Shown one piece after another: positions 9,632-19,474 of a stretch of 64,000 nt of DNA (its first letter is position 1; every line of letters begins with the position of its first letter). The position numbers were made by a program, and so were the translations under genes. The notes under the pieces are model-generated. The model had not been told where the DNA came from. It saw only the letters and a list, made by a program, of their open reading frames with translations, and made no database searches. Source of the stretch: an uncultured delta proteobacterium (GTDB lineage Bacteria; Desulfobacterota; Binatia; UBA9968); the NCBI GenBank assembly GCA_963745035.1, contig CAVUVW010000014.1, positions 800,001 to 864,000 of the forward strand, read 5' to 3'.

Positions 9632-11341
9632 ATGGCAAAGAAGCCGGCCAGCCTGATTTATGGTGTCGATGATAAACCCCCGTTGACCGCGTCGCTGCTG
9701 TTGGGGCTCCAGCATGTCTTCGTGATGCAGTCCGGTTGGGTGATGGTCGTGATAATCGTCACCACCATCGGCGGTACTCAGGAAGAAGTCGCCAACGTGC
9801 TCCGGATGTCGATGATTGCGTCCGGAATCGCGACCATTCTGCAATCTTTACCTAACAGTCCGTTCGGTTCTGGCTATTTTTGCCCCATCAGCTGCGGACC
9901 TGCATACATCTCCGCGTCAATTTTGGCAGGCAAGGTTGGCGGCTTGAGATCAGTCTTTGCCATGACGGTGATCTCAGGCCTCTTCGAGGGGCTGCTCGCT
10001 CGGGTCTTGCCGCGATTACGGCCGCTTTTCCCTCCCGAAGTCACCGGACTGGTGGTGGCGATGGTAGGGATAGAGATTGTGGCCTTGGGTTGTCCCAGGT
10101 TTCTCGGATTTCAGGACGGCGGCGCGGGTCCGCAAGGAACCGCCACTGCTGTTGCGATAGTGACGTTGGCCGCGATGATCGGACCGACCGTATGGGGTAA
10201 AGGGAGCCTCAAGTTATATCCTGTACTGATCGGTCTTGTGGTGGGTTACTTGTTCGCTTATTTTTTTGGTGTCTTTGAAACGGAACGGTTGCAGGAGATG
10301 CTCGCCGCGCCAATGATCAGCCTGCCACGGAAGGTTCACACGGACTGGTCGTTTGATCTCTCTCTTCTTCCCGCATTCCTCATTGCCAGCCTGGCTTCGA
10401 CCTTGAAAAGTGTGGGCGACTTGACCCTGTGCCAGAAAATCAACGACGCCGACTGGAAACGGACCGACATGCAGTCGGTCAGTGGAGGGATTTTCGCCGG
10501 CGCAATCGGTACCGGACTATCGGGTTTGCTTGGCGGGATCGGCCAATCCACCTTCTCCAGCAACGTCGGTCTTTCCCTCGCCACCGGGGCCACCAGCCGC
10601 TCGATCGCCATTCCTTGCGGCATCCTGATGATCCTGCTGGCTTTTTTACCCAAGCTCGCGGCCTTTTTTGCCGTGATGCCCGACCCCGTGATGGGCGCGA
10701 TCATCATTTACGTGGCTTGCTATATGATCCTTGCCGGCGTTCAGGTGATCACGTCGCGCATGCTCGACGCTCGGCGAACTTTCGTGGTCGGCATCGCTCT
10801 GATCTTCGGCCTGAGCGTCGACATGGTTCCCGGGCTATACAGCAACGTGCCCGATTTGATTCAGCCTCTGTTTTCGTCGTCTCTCGCGATTTCCACGGTC
10901 CTGGTGGTTTTTCTGAACCTGCTTTTTCGGATCGGCATTACCAAGCGCCAGGTTCTGGAGTTGACGCCCGGTGTCGATGGTTCGCAGAAAATCTTTGAAT
11001 TCATGGAGACCCAGGGGAGCGTTTGGGGAGCGCGCCGTGAGGTAATCCAGCGCGCGACGGCGGCTCTCAATGAGTTCGTCGAGTCCGCAGCCGCCCTGGA
11101 TCTTGTGAAAGGAAAGGCCCAAGCCGAGGTCAGTTTCGACGAATTCAATCTCGATATGGATATTCGCTACGATGGCGAGCTGATGGAGTTTCCCAGCCGG
11201 CGACTGACCGAAGACGCGCTTCTCGCCGATGACAAGGCCGTCGCCAGCCTCTCAGGCTTTCTAATTCGCCAGTACGCCGACAGGATCAAAGCTGAAACGG
11301 CCAATGGCCGGTGTCGGATCCAAATGCATTTCGATCATTGA
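9632..11341 (+). CDS. NCS2/NAT (xanthine/uracil permease-fold) transporter with a C-terminal RsbW-like domain
   Basis: LIYGVDDKPP, LGLQH, LFPPEVTG, NVG....TG motif, MPDPVMG; about 130 aa soluble tail. Confidence 0.85.
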   Translation: MAKKPASLIYGVDDKPPLTASLLLGLQHVFVMQSGWVMVVIIVTTIGGTQEEVANVLRMSMIASGIATILQSLPNSPFGSGYFCPISCGPAYISASILAGKVGGLRSVFAMTVISGLFEGLLARVLPRLRPLFPPEVTGLVVAMVGIEIVALGCPRFLGFQDGGAGPQGTATAVAIVTLAAMIGPTVWGKGSLKLYPVLIGLVVGYLFAYFFGVFETERLQEMLAAPMISLPRKVHTDWSFDLSLLPAFLIASLASTLKSVGDLTLCQKINDADWKRTDMQSVSGGIFAGAIGTGLSGLLGGIGQSTFSSNVGLSLATGATSRSIAIPCGILMILLAFLPKLAAFFAVMPDPVMGAIIIYVACYMILAGVQVITSRMLDARRTFVVGIALIFGLSVDMVPGLYSNVPDLIQPLFSSSLAISTVLVVFLNLLFRIGITKRQVLELTPGVDGSQKIFEFMETQGSVWGARREVIQRATAALNEFVESAAALDLVKGKAQAEVSFDEFNLDMDIRYDGELMEFPSRRLTEDALLADDKAVASLSGFLIRQYADRIKAETANGRCRIQMHFDH

Positions 11342-11406
11342 AAAACTAGCCAAACATATTTGAATTGTTTGGTTGGGTTTTGCCCTCTAGAATCGGAAAA
11401 CGATGA

Positions 11407-11472
11407 CTCGCGCAAAGACGCAAAGCACGCCAAAGTCGGAGAAATTAATCTTTCTTGGCGCCTTGGCGGGAG
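11407..11472. repeat. Imperfect intergenic palindrome (REP-like)
   Basis: ctcgcgcaaagacgcaaag...cttggcgccttggcgggag. Confidence 0.5.
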
Positions 11473-11735
11473 AAAATTTCTTGAAGTCATTCTGTCAAAC
11501 ATCCCAAATGGAAGAATCTACACTACACGACCCTTTGGTTTTTTTCGATGACTCGCGGCGCGTTTTTTGAGACTCATCGGATTGCGAAACGTGCGCCGTG
11601 CGCCGGAAAGAATGAATAGGGTCTGGCAGCGAAACAGCTGCACGGCTTAAATCATGACAAGAGCTCGTGACTACCCCAAACCTTGAGCAACATTAGATTT
11701 ACAAACGGGTCCGCCTCGGAAGGAGGTTTTTTCAC

Positions 11736-12191
11736 ATGCGAAGTCGTCTCGCTCTCTTGACTATTATCGTTCTCGGACTCGTCCTCGCCGCGCGGCTCTG
11801 GGCACAGCAACCGTGGGTGCAGCCGCCGGGAAAGGCTCTCGGGGGATTTCAGGGGTATTGGATGGGCATCGATCCACTGGACGGAGGTGACTCGCGCCGA
11901 AGCCTCGTACAACTGAGCAACGGCCGATTCGCGATGGCCGGCCGCGACACCGCCCTCACGCTGTGTGACGGGACCGATCGCGGCTTCATCAGCTTCGCCG
12001 ATGGCGTGGTGCTGGAAAAAAATGTGCTACAGAGCGACCGCCTGACTATCGCCTGCTCCAACAGCGGCGCGTTGGTGGTATTGCGCGTCCGGTACGATTT
12101 GGCCAGCAACGGCGTGATGATCGAGAATACGGCCACGCTGGACGGGGCGCCGGTGAGCAGGATCGTTTTTCACAAGGTGAGCCACGATTAG
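11736..12191 (+). CDS. Secreted hypothetical protein
   Basis: GGAGG RBS, signal peptide, 2 Cys, beta-rich sequence. Confidence 0.7.
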   Translation: MRSRLALLTIIVLGLVLAARLWAQQPWVQPPGKALGGFQGYWMGIDPLDGGDSRRSLVQLSNGRFAMAGRDTALTLCDGTDRGFISFADGVVLEKNVLQSDRLTIACSNSGALVVLRVRYDLASNGVMIENTATLDGAPVSRIVFHKVSHD

Positions 12192-12211
12192 CAACGTGGT
12201 GGACGCCGTGG

Positions 12212-12395
12212 CGCGGAGCGGAAAAGCACCGCGCGCGGGTCGATGATCTGTTGGCCCGTTTCGAGGAAGTCCGGCGGCGGGAGCAGCTCGACGAGGCGGC
12301 GGCGGAGATGCTCCGGCAAGCCTACGTCTGATTAGTTCCCGGGCTCTTGCCTCGCGCAGAAGAATCGAGGGAAGTTTGTGCGCGCGTCGTAAACT
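12212..12395 (+). pseudogene. Diverged second copy of the ABC ATPase 3' end and its downstream flank
   Basis: GAEKHRARVDDLLARFEEVRRREQLDEAAAEMLRQAYV* against GAEKRRARVDDLLVRFEEVRRQEQLDESAAEMLRRGYV* at 9230-9346. Confidence 0.85.
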
Positions 12396-12518
12396 TTTCT
12401 TTCCGAAGATTTCATCTAAGCTTAACAATCGCCACTCGGACCTTGGGATATAAGTGCGGCTCAAAAGCTCGTTTCGCCAATGGACGACATGCGCCGGCCG
12501 GACAATTGCGCCCTTCGC

Positions 12519-12533
12519 AGGCAGTCGTTTTGC
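12519..12533 (+). promoter_or_regulatory. Possible sigma54 -24/-12 promoter
   Basis: AGGCAGTCGTTTTGC (GG-N10-GC), about 40 nt before the second STAS gene. Confidence 0.35.
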
Positions 12534-12571
12534 CATCCGTGTTCCCGCATGCCGATCATCAAGGGAAGCAT

Positions 12572-12925
12572 ATGGAATTGGAAATCAAAAATCTGTCCGA
12601 CCAGATCACCCACCTAGGCCTTCGAGGCCGGCTGGATACTACCGGAGTGGGAGAGGTCGAATTAAAGTTTACCGGTCACACCGTCCCGAGTGGAAAGCCG
12701 CTCCTTTTGGACATGTCCGAAATCACTTATGTGTCCTCCTTGGGGTTGCGGATGCTTTTGACCGTTGCCAAGGCACTCGGTCTCCGTGGGGCCAAAACGG
12801 TCCTCTTGCGGCCTCAGCCGAGTGTGCGTGAGATCCTCAGCGTTTCCGGATTCGATCAACTGATGACCGTCCACGATGACGAGGCGACAGCGCTGGAATT
12901 CCTGGCGCAGGCCAAGGGCCGTTAA
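12572..12925 (+). CDS. STAS-domain anti-sigma factor antagonist
   Basis: LRGRLD, LLDMSEITYVSSLGLR, REILSVSGF. Confidence 0.9.
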   Translation: MELEIKNLSDQITHLGLRGRLDTTGVGEVELKFTGHTVPSGKPLLLDMSEITYVSSLGLRMLLTVAKALGLRGAKTVLLRPQPSVREILSVSGFDQLMTVHDDEATALEFLAQAKGR

Positions 12926-13340
12926 GCTCCTGTCGCCCAGGCCGCACTTTTCTCCAGCCTCGGTCTCATCCACCGCCCCGATTCCTCCCACGGGGAGCTG
13001 AGGATGGGGTGCATCCATTCTGCACTGTTTCCTGCGTGCTACCTCTTGCTTCGGTCTCGATGATCTCCCTCCCGCTCAGGTACGAGTAGCGTTTACGCTC
13101 GAAACAACAGGGCATCAGCTCCGCACGCGACTTCTTTCGCGCTGGCCGAGAACGAAATTCACGTGGCGGCGGCTCACGCGGCGGGAAAAATGGCTTGAAA
13201 TTACTTGCCGGTTGACATTTCATCGGGTGAGCTGTCGAGGGTGTGCTCAACGCCAACCACTTGCGACACAGTCGAAGCGGTCATCTTCTCAACAGCGCGC
13301 GCACGGCGCGCCGGAAGGATAAACGGCCAAGGAGAACCTC

Positions 13341-15254
13341 GTGACGATAAGAACACAAACACTGCTGATGGTGACCCTGTTGCTCGCCGTCGCGGTCCTC
13401 GCCACAGCGGGAGCGATGAGTTGGAACTCGCGCCGGGGATTGCTCGCCGAAGGCGAAACCCAGGGGTTGGTCCTCGCTCGCCTTCTGGCTCGCAGCGCGG
13501 CCTTCGGCGCCCAAGTGAGCAGCGATGTCGAGCAGGCGATCGGCGAGCAGATGATCGTCGAGGCCACGATGGCGGCGCATTTGATAGCTCTGGCCGAGGC
13601 TGCGGGAGTGGGCGCCAAGGAGATCAATCGGCGGCTCAAGCAAATCGCCGACGACACGGTGCTGGACGAAATCTGGATCACCGATGAGAAGGGGCATGCT
13701 TATTTGAGAAACATGCCGGAAATAGACTTCACGTTCAGTCCGGACCGGGAGCGGCAACCCCAAGCGCACGTTTTTTGGCCGCTGCTCACGGGAAAGAACA
13801 AAACCGTCGTTCAGGAAGCGCGCCAGCGCGAAATCGATACGCAGGTTTTCAAGTACGTGGGCGTGGCGGGGGTGGATAAGCCGCGCATCGTCCAGGTCGG
13901 TTACCACGCCAGCATGCTTCGACAACTGCGGCAGCGGGTGGGGCTGACTCGTCTGGTCAATCAGCTCGTTTCCGAAGGAAGCGTTGTCGCGATTCGGGTG
14001 CTCGATAAGGACATGAATACCGTGGAATATGCGGAGAAGATGCGGGAAAACAAATTGCCTGAGCCGAGCGAGAGCGACCTGGCAAATTTCCGCAAGCTGG
14101 CGAGCCAAGGACAAACCGACGCTTATGTGGAAGCGTCTCTTCTAAAGCTCGTTGTCCCCATCGGGGAAGAAGGCGGAGAGCTAAAAGGCGGAGCCATTGT
14201 CGTCGCTCTTCCCACGGATCACATCCAGGCTGCCATTCACAACAGAAGTCATCTCGCGGTGGTCGTTAGCGGACTGGTATTGTTGCTCGGGTCGATGATC
14301 GCCATCTTCGGGGCCAAAAGGATTTCCCAGCCCATCGTCGAGTTGACGCAGATGACCCAACAGGTCGCGGGGGGCGATTTTACCCAGAGGATCGCCATCG
14401 CGGCAAAGAACGAAATTGGCACGCTGGCCGCCTCGTTCAACGAGATGACGCGGCGCTTGAACGAATCCATCGAACATCTCAAGGAAACCACCGCGGCGAA
14501 GGAACGGATCGAAAGCGAGCTGAAGATCGCCCACGAAATCCAGATGAGCATGGTGCCGAAGATCTTTCCGCCGTTTCCGGACCGTAGCGAGTTCGATATT
14601 TTCGCCGCCTTGGTGCCGGCCAAGGAGGTCGGCGGCGATCTTTACGATTTTTTCTTTCTCGATGACGACCGCCTGTGCTTTGCCGTCGGCGATGTCTCCG
14701 GCAAGGGAGTCCCGGCGTCGCTTTTTATGGCTGTGACCAAGACTCTGTTCAGAGCCACCGCCGCCCACGGCGGCACTCCGGGTGAAATCCTCGCGCGGAT
14801 GAACAACGAGATCTGCCGCGATAACGACTCCTGTATGTTCGTGACGCTTTTTTGCGGCATCCTGGATATCCGCACCGGTCAGATCGATTATAGCAACGGC
14901 GGCCACAATCTGCCCTATCATCTTGGCGGCGACGGCGTGAGCCCGTTGGGAAAATTCGGCGATAGAGCCCTGGGGCTGGTGGAGCAAAGCTCGTATGCAT
15001 CCGGACGAGTGGTTCTCAGCCCCGGCGAAGCCCTGCTGGTTTACACCGATGGGGTCACCGAGGCCATGGACTCGAGCGACGCGCTTTACTCCGATCAGCG
15101 GCTCGAGCGGTTTTTAGCGAGCCATCGCGACTCTTCTCCGCGCCAAATGATCGGCGATTTGATCGACGACGTAAGGCGGTTTGCTGGCGCAACGCCGCAA
15201 TCCGATGATATCACCGCTCTCGCGCTGCACTATTTTGGGACCACGCAACAATGA
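13341..15254 (+). CDS. Membrane sensor PP2C phosphatase (SpoIIE/RsbU-like) with extracytoplasmic domain and HAMP
   Basis: Two TM segments, HAMP (NEIGTLAASFNEM), EVGGDLYD, GDVSGKG, YTDGVTEA, SDDIT. Confidence 0.92.
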   Translation: MTIRTQTLLMVTLLLAVAVLATAGAMSWNSRRGLLAEGETQGLVLARLLARSAAFGAQVSSDVEQAIGEQMIVEATMAAHLIALAEAAGVGAKEINRRLKQIADDTVLDEIWITDEKGHAYLRNMPEIDFTFSPDRERQPQAHVFWPLLTGKNKTVVQEARQREIDTQVFKYVGVAGVDKPRIVQVGYHASMLRQLRQRVGLTRLVNQLVSEGSVVAIRVLDKDMNTVEYAEKMRENKLPEPSESDLANFRKLASQGQTDAYVEASLLKLVVPIGEEGGELKGGAIVVALPTDHIQAAIHNRSHLAVVVSGLVLLLGSMIAIFGAKRISQPIVELTQMTQQVAGGDFTQRIAIAAKNEIGTLAASFNEMTRRLNESIEHLKETTAAKERIESELKIAHEIQMSMVPKIFPPFPDRSEFDIFAALVPAKEVGGDLYDFFFLDDDRLCFAVGDVSGKGVPASLFMAVTKTLFRATAAHGGTPGEILARMNNEICRDNDSCMFVTLFCGILDIRTGQIDYSNGGHNLPYHLGGDGVSPLGKFGDRALGLVEQSSYASGRVVLSPGEALLVYTDGVTEAMDSSDALYSDQRLERFLASHRDSSPRQMIGDLIDDVRRFAGATPQSDDITALALHYFGTTQQ

Positions 15255-15694
15255 CGGAAGAGCTGGAGATCGAGATCGGCAACAAGCTTTCCGAGCTGGG
15301 CCGGATCCATCAGACCTTGACGGATTTCTGCCGGCGGCACGGTCTCACCGCCAAAGTTGCGCGCGATCTCAATCTCGCGCTGGAGGAAATTATCACCAAC
15401 ATCATCATCCATGGTTACACAGACGACCGGGAACACATCATCAGCGTGCATCTCAACGTGCGACCCGGCGAGGTGTGGGTCGAAGTGAAAGACGACGGCC
15501 GGCCGTTCAATCCGCTGGAAGCGCCCGAGGCCGACACCACGACACCTTTAGAGGAAAGGTCGATCGGCGGACTGGGAATCCATCTCGTGCGCAAGGTCAC
15601 GGATGGGCTGGAGTACGAGCGGGTAGGCGACAAAAATCTCTTCACCCTAAAAAAGAAAACTCAGGGTAAAAGAAGCTCGAGTCCGCCAGACTGA
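15251..15694 (+). CDS. RsbW-like anti-sigma factor / Ser kinase (HATPase)
   Basis: LALEEIITNIIIHG, DDGRPFNP, GGLGIHLV; ATGA overlap with the PP2C gene. Confidence 0.92.
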   Translation: MTEELEIEIGNKLSELGRIHQTLTDFCRRHGLTAKVARDLNLALEEIITNIIIHGYTDDREHIISVHLNVRPGEVWVEVKDDGRPFNPLEAPEADTTTPLEERSIGGLGIHLVRKVTDGLEYERVGDKNLFTLKKKTQGKRSSSPPD

Positions 15695-15857
15695 TTAAAA
15701 TCGTGCAAGTTACAGATTCCGTGTCCGGAGACTCCTTCGATGTTTCCCTGGACCTCACCTGGACAGCAACTGGCCCACGCGAAGTATCCAGGAGTCGCTT
15801 TTATATCAGATCACCTCAAGCCGCGATTCAACCTGCAAAATTCACAATCAACCTGCG

Positions 15858-16343
15858 CTAAAAAAGCCATTTGTAAAGCAATGGGTCTGGAAGCGCTTCC
15901 TGAGCAATTTCATTAATAATGAAATAAACAACTCCTACGACGACACCGGCAACCACAATAGATTTCGTCGCGCTGACCTGGTGTGACGCCAGTAGGTAAA
16001 GAAGAACAAAAAGCCCAACGCCAGCGTATATTCCGACGATGTAGATACTGATATATAGGCCTACCAAGATTCCAAAGTACTTGATGGCACCCAACAGATT
16101 TTCTCTTTCTGTGCTTTTATCTTTATCGAAACCAAAATCCATGATCTGCGAGCTTTCAGATACGCCGCCCCGGAGCTCTTTGATAAACTGGAAACAACAC
16201 AAAATAAATATTGTCCCTCCGCAAAAAACCGGTACCAATGCTGTCTTAAAGTCCCATTTCAAAAGCGCATAAACACCAGCGGAAAATGATATTGCGATCA
16301 TGGAAAGCGTAAAATAGCTCTCACTATTAATCTTCATCTTCAT
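15858..16343 (-). CDS. tctB: Tripartite tricarboxylate transporter small subunit, TctB-like
   Basis: Small multi-TM protein directly downstream of tctA. Confidence 0.65.
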   Translation of the reverse strand: MKMKINSESYFTLSMIAISFSAGVYALLKWDFKTALVPVFCGGTIFILCCFQFIKELRGGVSESSQIMDFGFDKDKSTERENLLGAIKYFGILVGLYISIYIVGIYAGVGLFVLLYLLASHQVSATKSIVVAGVVVGVVYFIINEIAQEALPDPLLYKWLF

Positions 16344-17857
16344 CCCCTTCCACTGGTTTCGGTGCTATGCGCATCACGGCCTCATCTTTGGCCATCTGCC
16401 TTTCTTTCAGATAAGTCCACACTTGGTTTGCCACAAAGATAAGAATCATTCCCAGCACCATGGGGCGCCAAAGCCATGAAATGCCCATCAAAGTGACGGA
16501 TAGTACGAAATTCCACTCGGCAATATCCGAAAGTACAAAACCCACGATAAGAGGCGGGCGAGCCCAACCATATTGTTTCATGACAAAACCGAGCGCGCCG
16601 AACAGGATCATGACCAAGATGTCACCGATATCCTTGGTTCCAATGTAAACCGCGAGCACAAGAAAAGTCGTGATCACTGCGATAAGGTAATGTTTAGGGC
16701 AGGTAGAGCAGTTTTGCTATTTGAGCCGTAGCAAGGAGGCAAACACCACCGCCAACAATATTGGCAAGAGCCAATGCCCATATGATCTTGTAAGTGATTC
16801 CGATATCGGTCGTCAGCATATTGGGGCCCGGGTGGATACCTGCTATCAGGAACGCGCCAAGCACGAGCGACATACTGGCACTACCAGGTACGCCGAATGC
16901 TAAAGTAGGTATGAAATCACCGCCCTTGCACGAATTGTTCGAGGCTTCCGGCGCAATGACCCCCCGTACATCCCCTTTCCCGAACCGGCTCTTGTCTTTT
17001 GCCGACTGCACGGCATGGGCGTAGGCAAACCAGTCGGCAGTCACCGAACCGACGCCCGGGACAATTCCGATCCAAACTCCTATCAGACTACCACGGACCA
17101 ATAAGGCCCAATGGCGAATGACGTCTGCCATTCCTTGCAGTTGTCCGCGCAAGAGATCACCGGTGATTTTTCCTCCCGGGATCGACCCCTTTGTTGTCGC
17201 CATCTTGATCACTTCTGGAATCGCAAACAGCCCAAGAGAAACCGTGACGACTTTCAGTCCGTCGATTAGATAGGGGATATCGAAGCTGTAGCGGTAAATA
17301 CCGCTCGTCGGAGATCGCCCAATGGTCCCTAAAAGTATTCCCAGAAATCCGGCAGCCAACCCTTTGCACATGTTTCCGCTGCTTAGCGCACCCAGCATCG
17401 TCAATCCCCATAAGGCCACCACAAAAATTTCAGGCGGCCCAAATGCCAAAACAAAAGGTCTTAGAATGGGGATCGACAACCAAAGGCAAATTGCACCCAG
17501 CACGCCTCCGATGATCGAACTGGTATACGAAGCGCCAAGGGCCCGCGATGCCTCTCCATTAAGGGCCATCGCATGCCCATCCAGAAGTGTAGCGGAAGCG
17601 CCTGCGGTAGGTGGCACGCCGATTAATATCGTAGGAATCGTATCACTCGTAATGGTCACCGCCATGATAGCGGTCATCAACACGATCGAATATTGGAAAT
17701 CCAAAGTGTAGGTCAGGGGCAGTAAGAGAGCCAGAATGGTTATTCCCCCCAGGCCGGGGATAACTCCCAAGATCAGTCCTATCAGTGTTCCGCCGACAAG
17801 AAACCCTACAGTCGGCCAAGATAAAATCTGTATAAAAGAACCCCAAAATGAATCCAT
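16327..17857 (-). CDS. tctA: Tripartite tricarboxylate transporter permease TctA (frameshift near 16697)
   Basis: GVIPGLGG, GDVRGVIAPEASNN, IPTLAFGVPGS; removing one C restores LPKHYLIAVITT...WARPPLIVGFVL. Confidence 0.9.
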
Positions 17858-18296
17858 GCCATATCCTTCCGTAATCGGGATCCAGAGATGACGCCCCGCC
17901 GTTTCAAGCACCTCATCGGTTATTCAATAAACGGCAGGTCCATTTCGACCACACTACTTTGGACATCACTTTTTCCTGAGGCTGTACGTTCCCCGGATGT
18001 CAAACACTGCTTAGCGATGAAACAGGAAGCCTAAGACGGCGAGAACACCGCAAAAAGAAAAGATATGATGCACGAGCCGGCACTTTATCTGACAGTCGGC
18101 AACGCTGCCTCCTACTCACCCCGATCCGTCTCAATGGGCGCCATGAGGCTCCTCAAACCCCGCGCTGCGACTTGAGCTTCTGGCCAAATGGACGCGAGAT
18201 ATTGATCGATCTCGCGTATGTATCCCTTCCGGCTGATCCTTTCCGAAAGTCAAACGCCGGAAAAGAAACGACGAATAGGAAAGTCACATAGAGAAT

Positions 18297-19319
18297 TTAG
18301 TAGTACGCATCCACAATCTTTTGATTCTCCTTGAAAGCCTTGACGAGAAAATTGATCCGTTGCTTGAAATCGGCCTCGGGCAAGACATCCACCGGCGTAT
18401 CGGCCTTTTTACTCCATTCGATTGTTCGCTTATCTTGAAACGCCTTGATCAATCCTTCCCGCAACGCGTTTTGAATATGCCCAGGTGTCCCTGGCGGCAC
18501 CTGCACCAGGCGAGTGAGGGCATAATCAGACCACTCCTTAGGCATTCCCAATTCGGCATGAGTCGGCGCATTCGGGAAGTCAGGATCACGTTTCGTGCCG
18601 TATATCCAAAGCAAAGTAATATCGCCGGTCTTTAGCTGCTGGGTGTTAATCCCGGTTAACGCGCCGGACGTAAGGTCCGCATTACCGGCCAACACAGCAA
18701 ACTTGGCATCCTCTACTCCTTTGAAACGAGCAAATTTATACGGAATTCCCTTTTTTTCGAAATCCACGATCAGAGGGATCACGATAAAAGTTGCTCCCGC
18801 CAATGCGACACGGACCGGTGTTTTTGCATTGACGATGTCACGATAACTAGTAAACGGCGATTTGGGAGAACCGAAGATCCCGTATGGAGGAGCATCGAGC
18901 GCCATAATCACGGGAATATCTCTAACGTTCCATGAGTATAGACTTTTTGTTGTCAGGCCCACGTACGTGGCCACTCCGAGCAGGCTTATCGTATGACCAT
19001 CCGGAGTCGATCCATGGAGCACATCCATGGCATTGAAACCTTGAGCGCCTTCCACGACTTGGACAGTGAGTTTTTGTCCCAAATAGTCGGGAAGCACGCG
19101 AACCAATTGTCGAGCGATCAAATCGTATGCGCCTCGACCGCTCAATATTATCTTCATCGGTTTGCTGGGCTTCCAAGATTCTGCTTGGCCGGCTACCGCC
19201 TCATTGAAACTACCGATCGATAAAAAGAGGATCAAAAAAATGATCGAACCAACGGCGCCAACGCGATAACTATGACTCTTGTTCCAGCACATTAGAGCAC
19301 CATCCTTTCTCCACTTCAT
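18297..19319 (-). CDS. tctC: TctC/Bug periplasmic binding protein
   Basis: Signal peptide, DLIARQL, PDGHTI, PNAPTHAELG, VPPGTP. Confidence 0.8.
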   Translation of the reverse strand: MKWRKDGALMCWNKSHSYRVGAVGSIIFLILFLSIGSFNEAVAGQAESWKPSKPMKIILSGRGAYDLIARQLVRVLPDYLGQKLTVQVVEGAQGFNAMDVLHGSTPDGHTISLLGVATYVGLTTKSLYSWNVRDIPVIMALDAPPYGIFGSPKSPFTSYRDIVNAKTPVRVALAGATFIVIPLIVDFEKKGIPYKFARFKGVEDAKFAVLAGNADLTSGALTGINTQQLKTGDITLLWIYGTKRDPDFPNAPTHAELGMPKEWSDYALTRLVQVPPGTPGHIQNALREGLIKAFQDKRTIEWSKKADTPVDVLPEADFKQRINFLVKAFKENQKIVDAYY

Positions 19320-19357
19320 TTACGGTAATCGCCAGATCAATGATGCGTTTGAAAGCC

Positions 19358-19403
19358 CTGGATTCCGGGTCGCGCTAGCTATCGCCAGCTTGCCCGGAAT
19401 GAC
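19358..19403. repeat. REP-like hairpin (CTGGATTCC...GGAATGAC family)
   Basis: ATTCCGGG...CCCGGAAT inverted repeat; same family as 57937-57968 in the opposite orientation. Confidence 0.65.
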
Positions 19404-19474
19404 GATCGAATTATTTCGTGAATTTCCGAGTCACCATACTAGTTACCAAAAGAATTCTATCCGTCGTCTCACTG

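Noticed and set aside
17980-18055. Possible transposase C-terminal remnant between tctC and tctA
   Set aside because: Only a vague resemblance, with no matching copy in the window.
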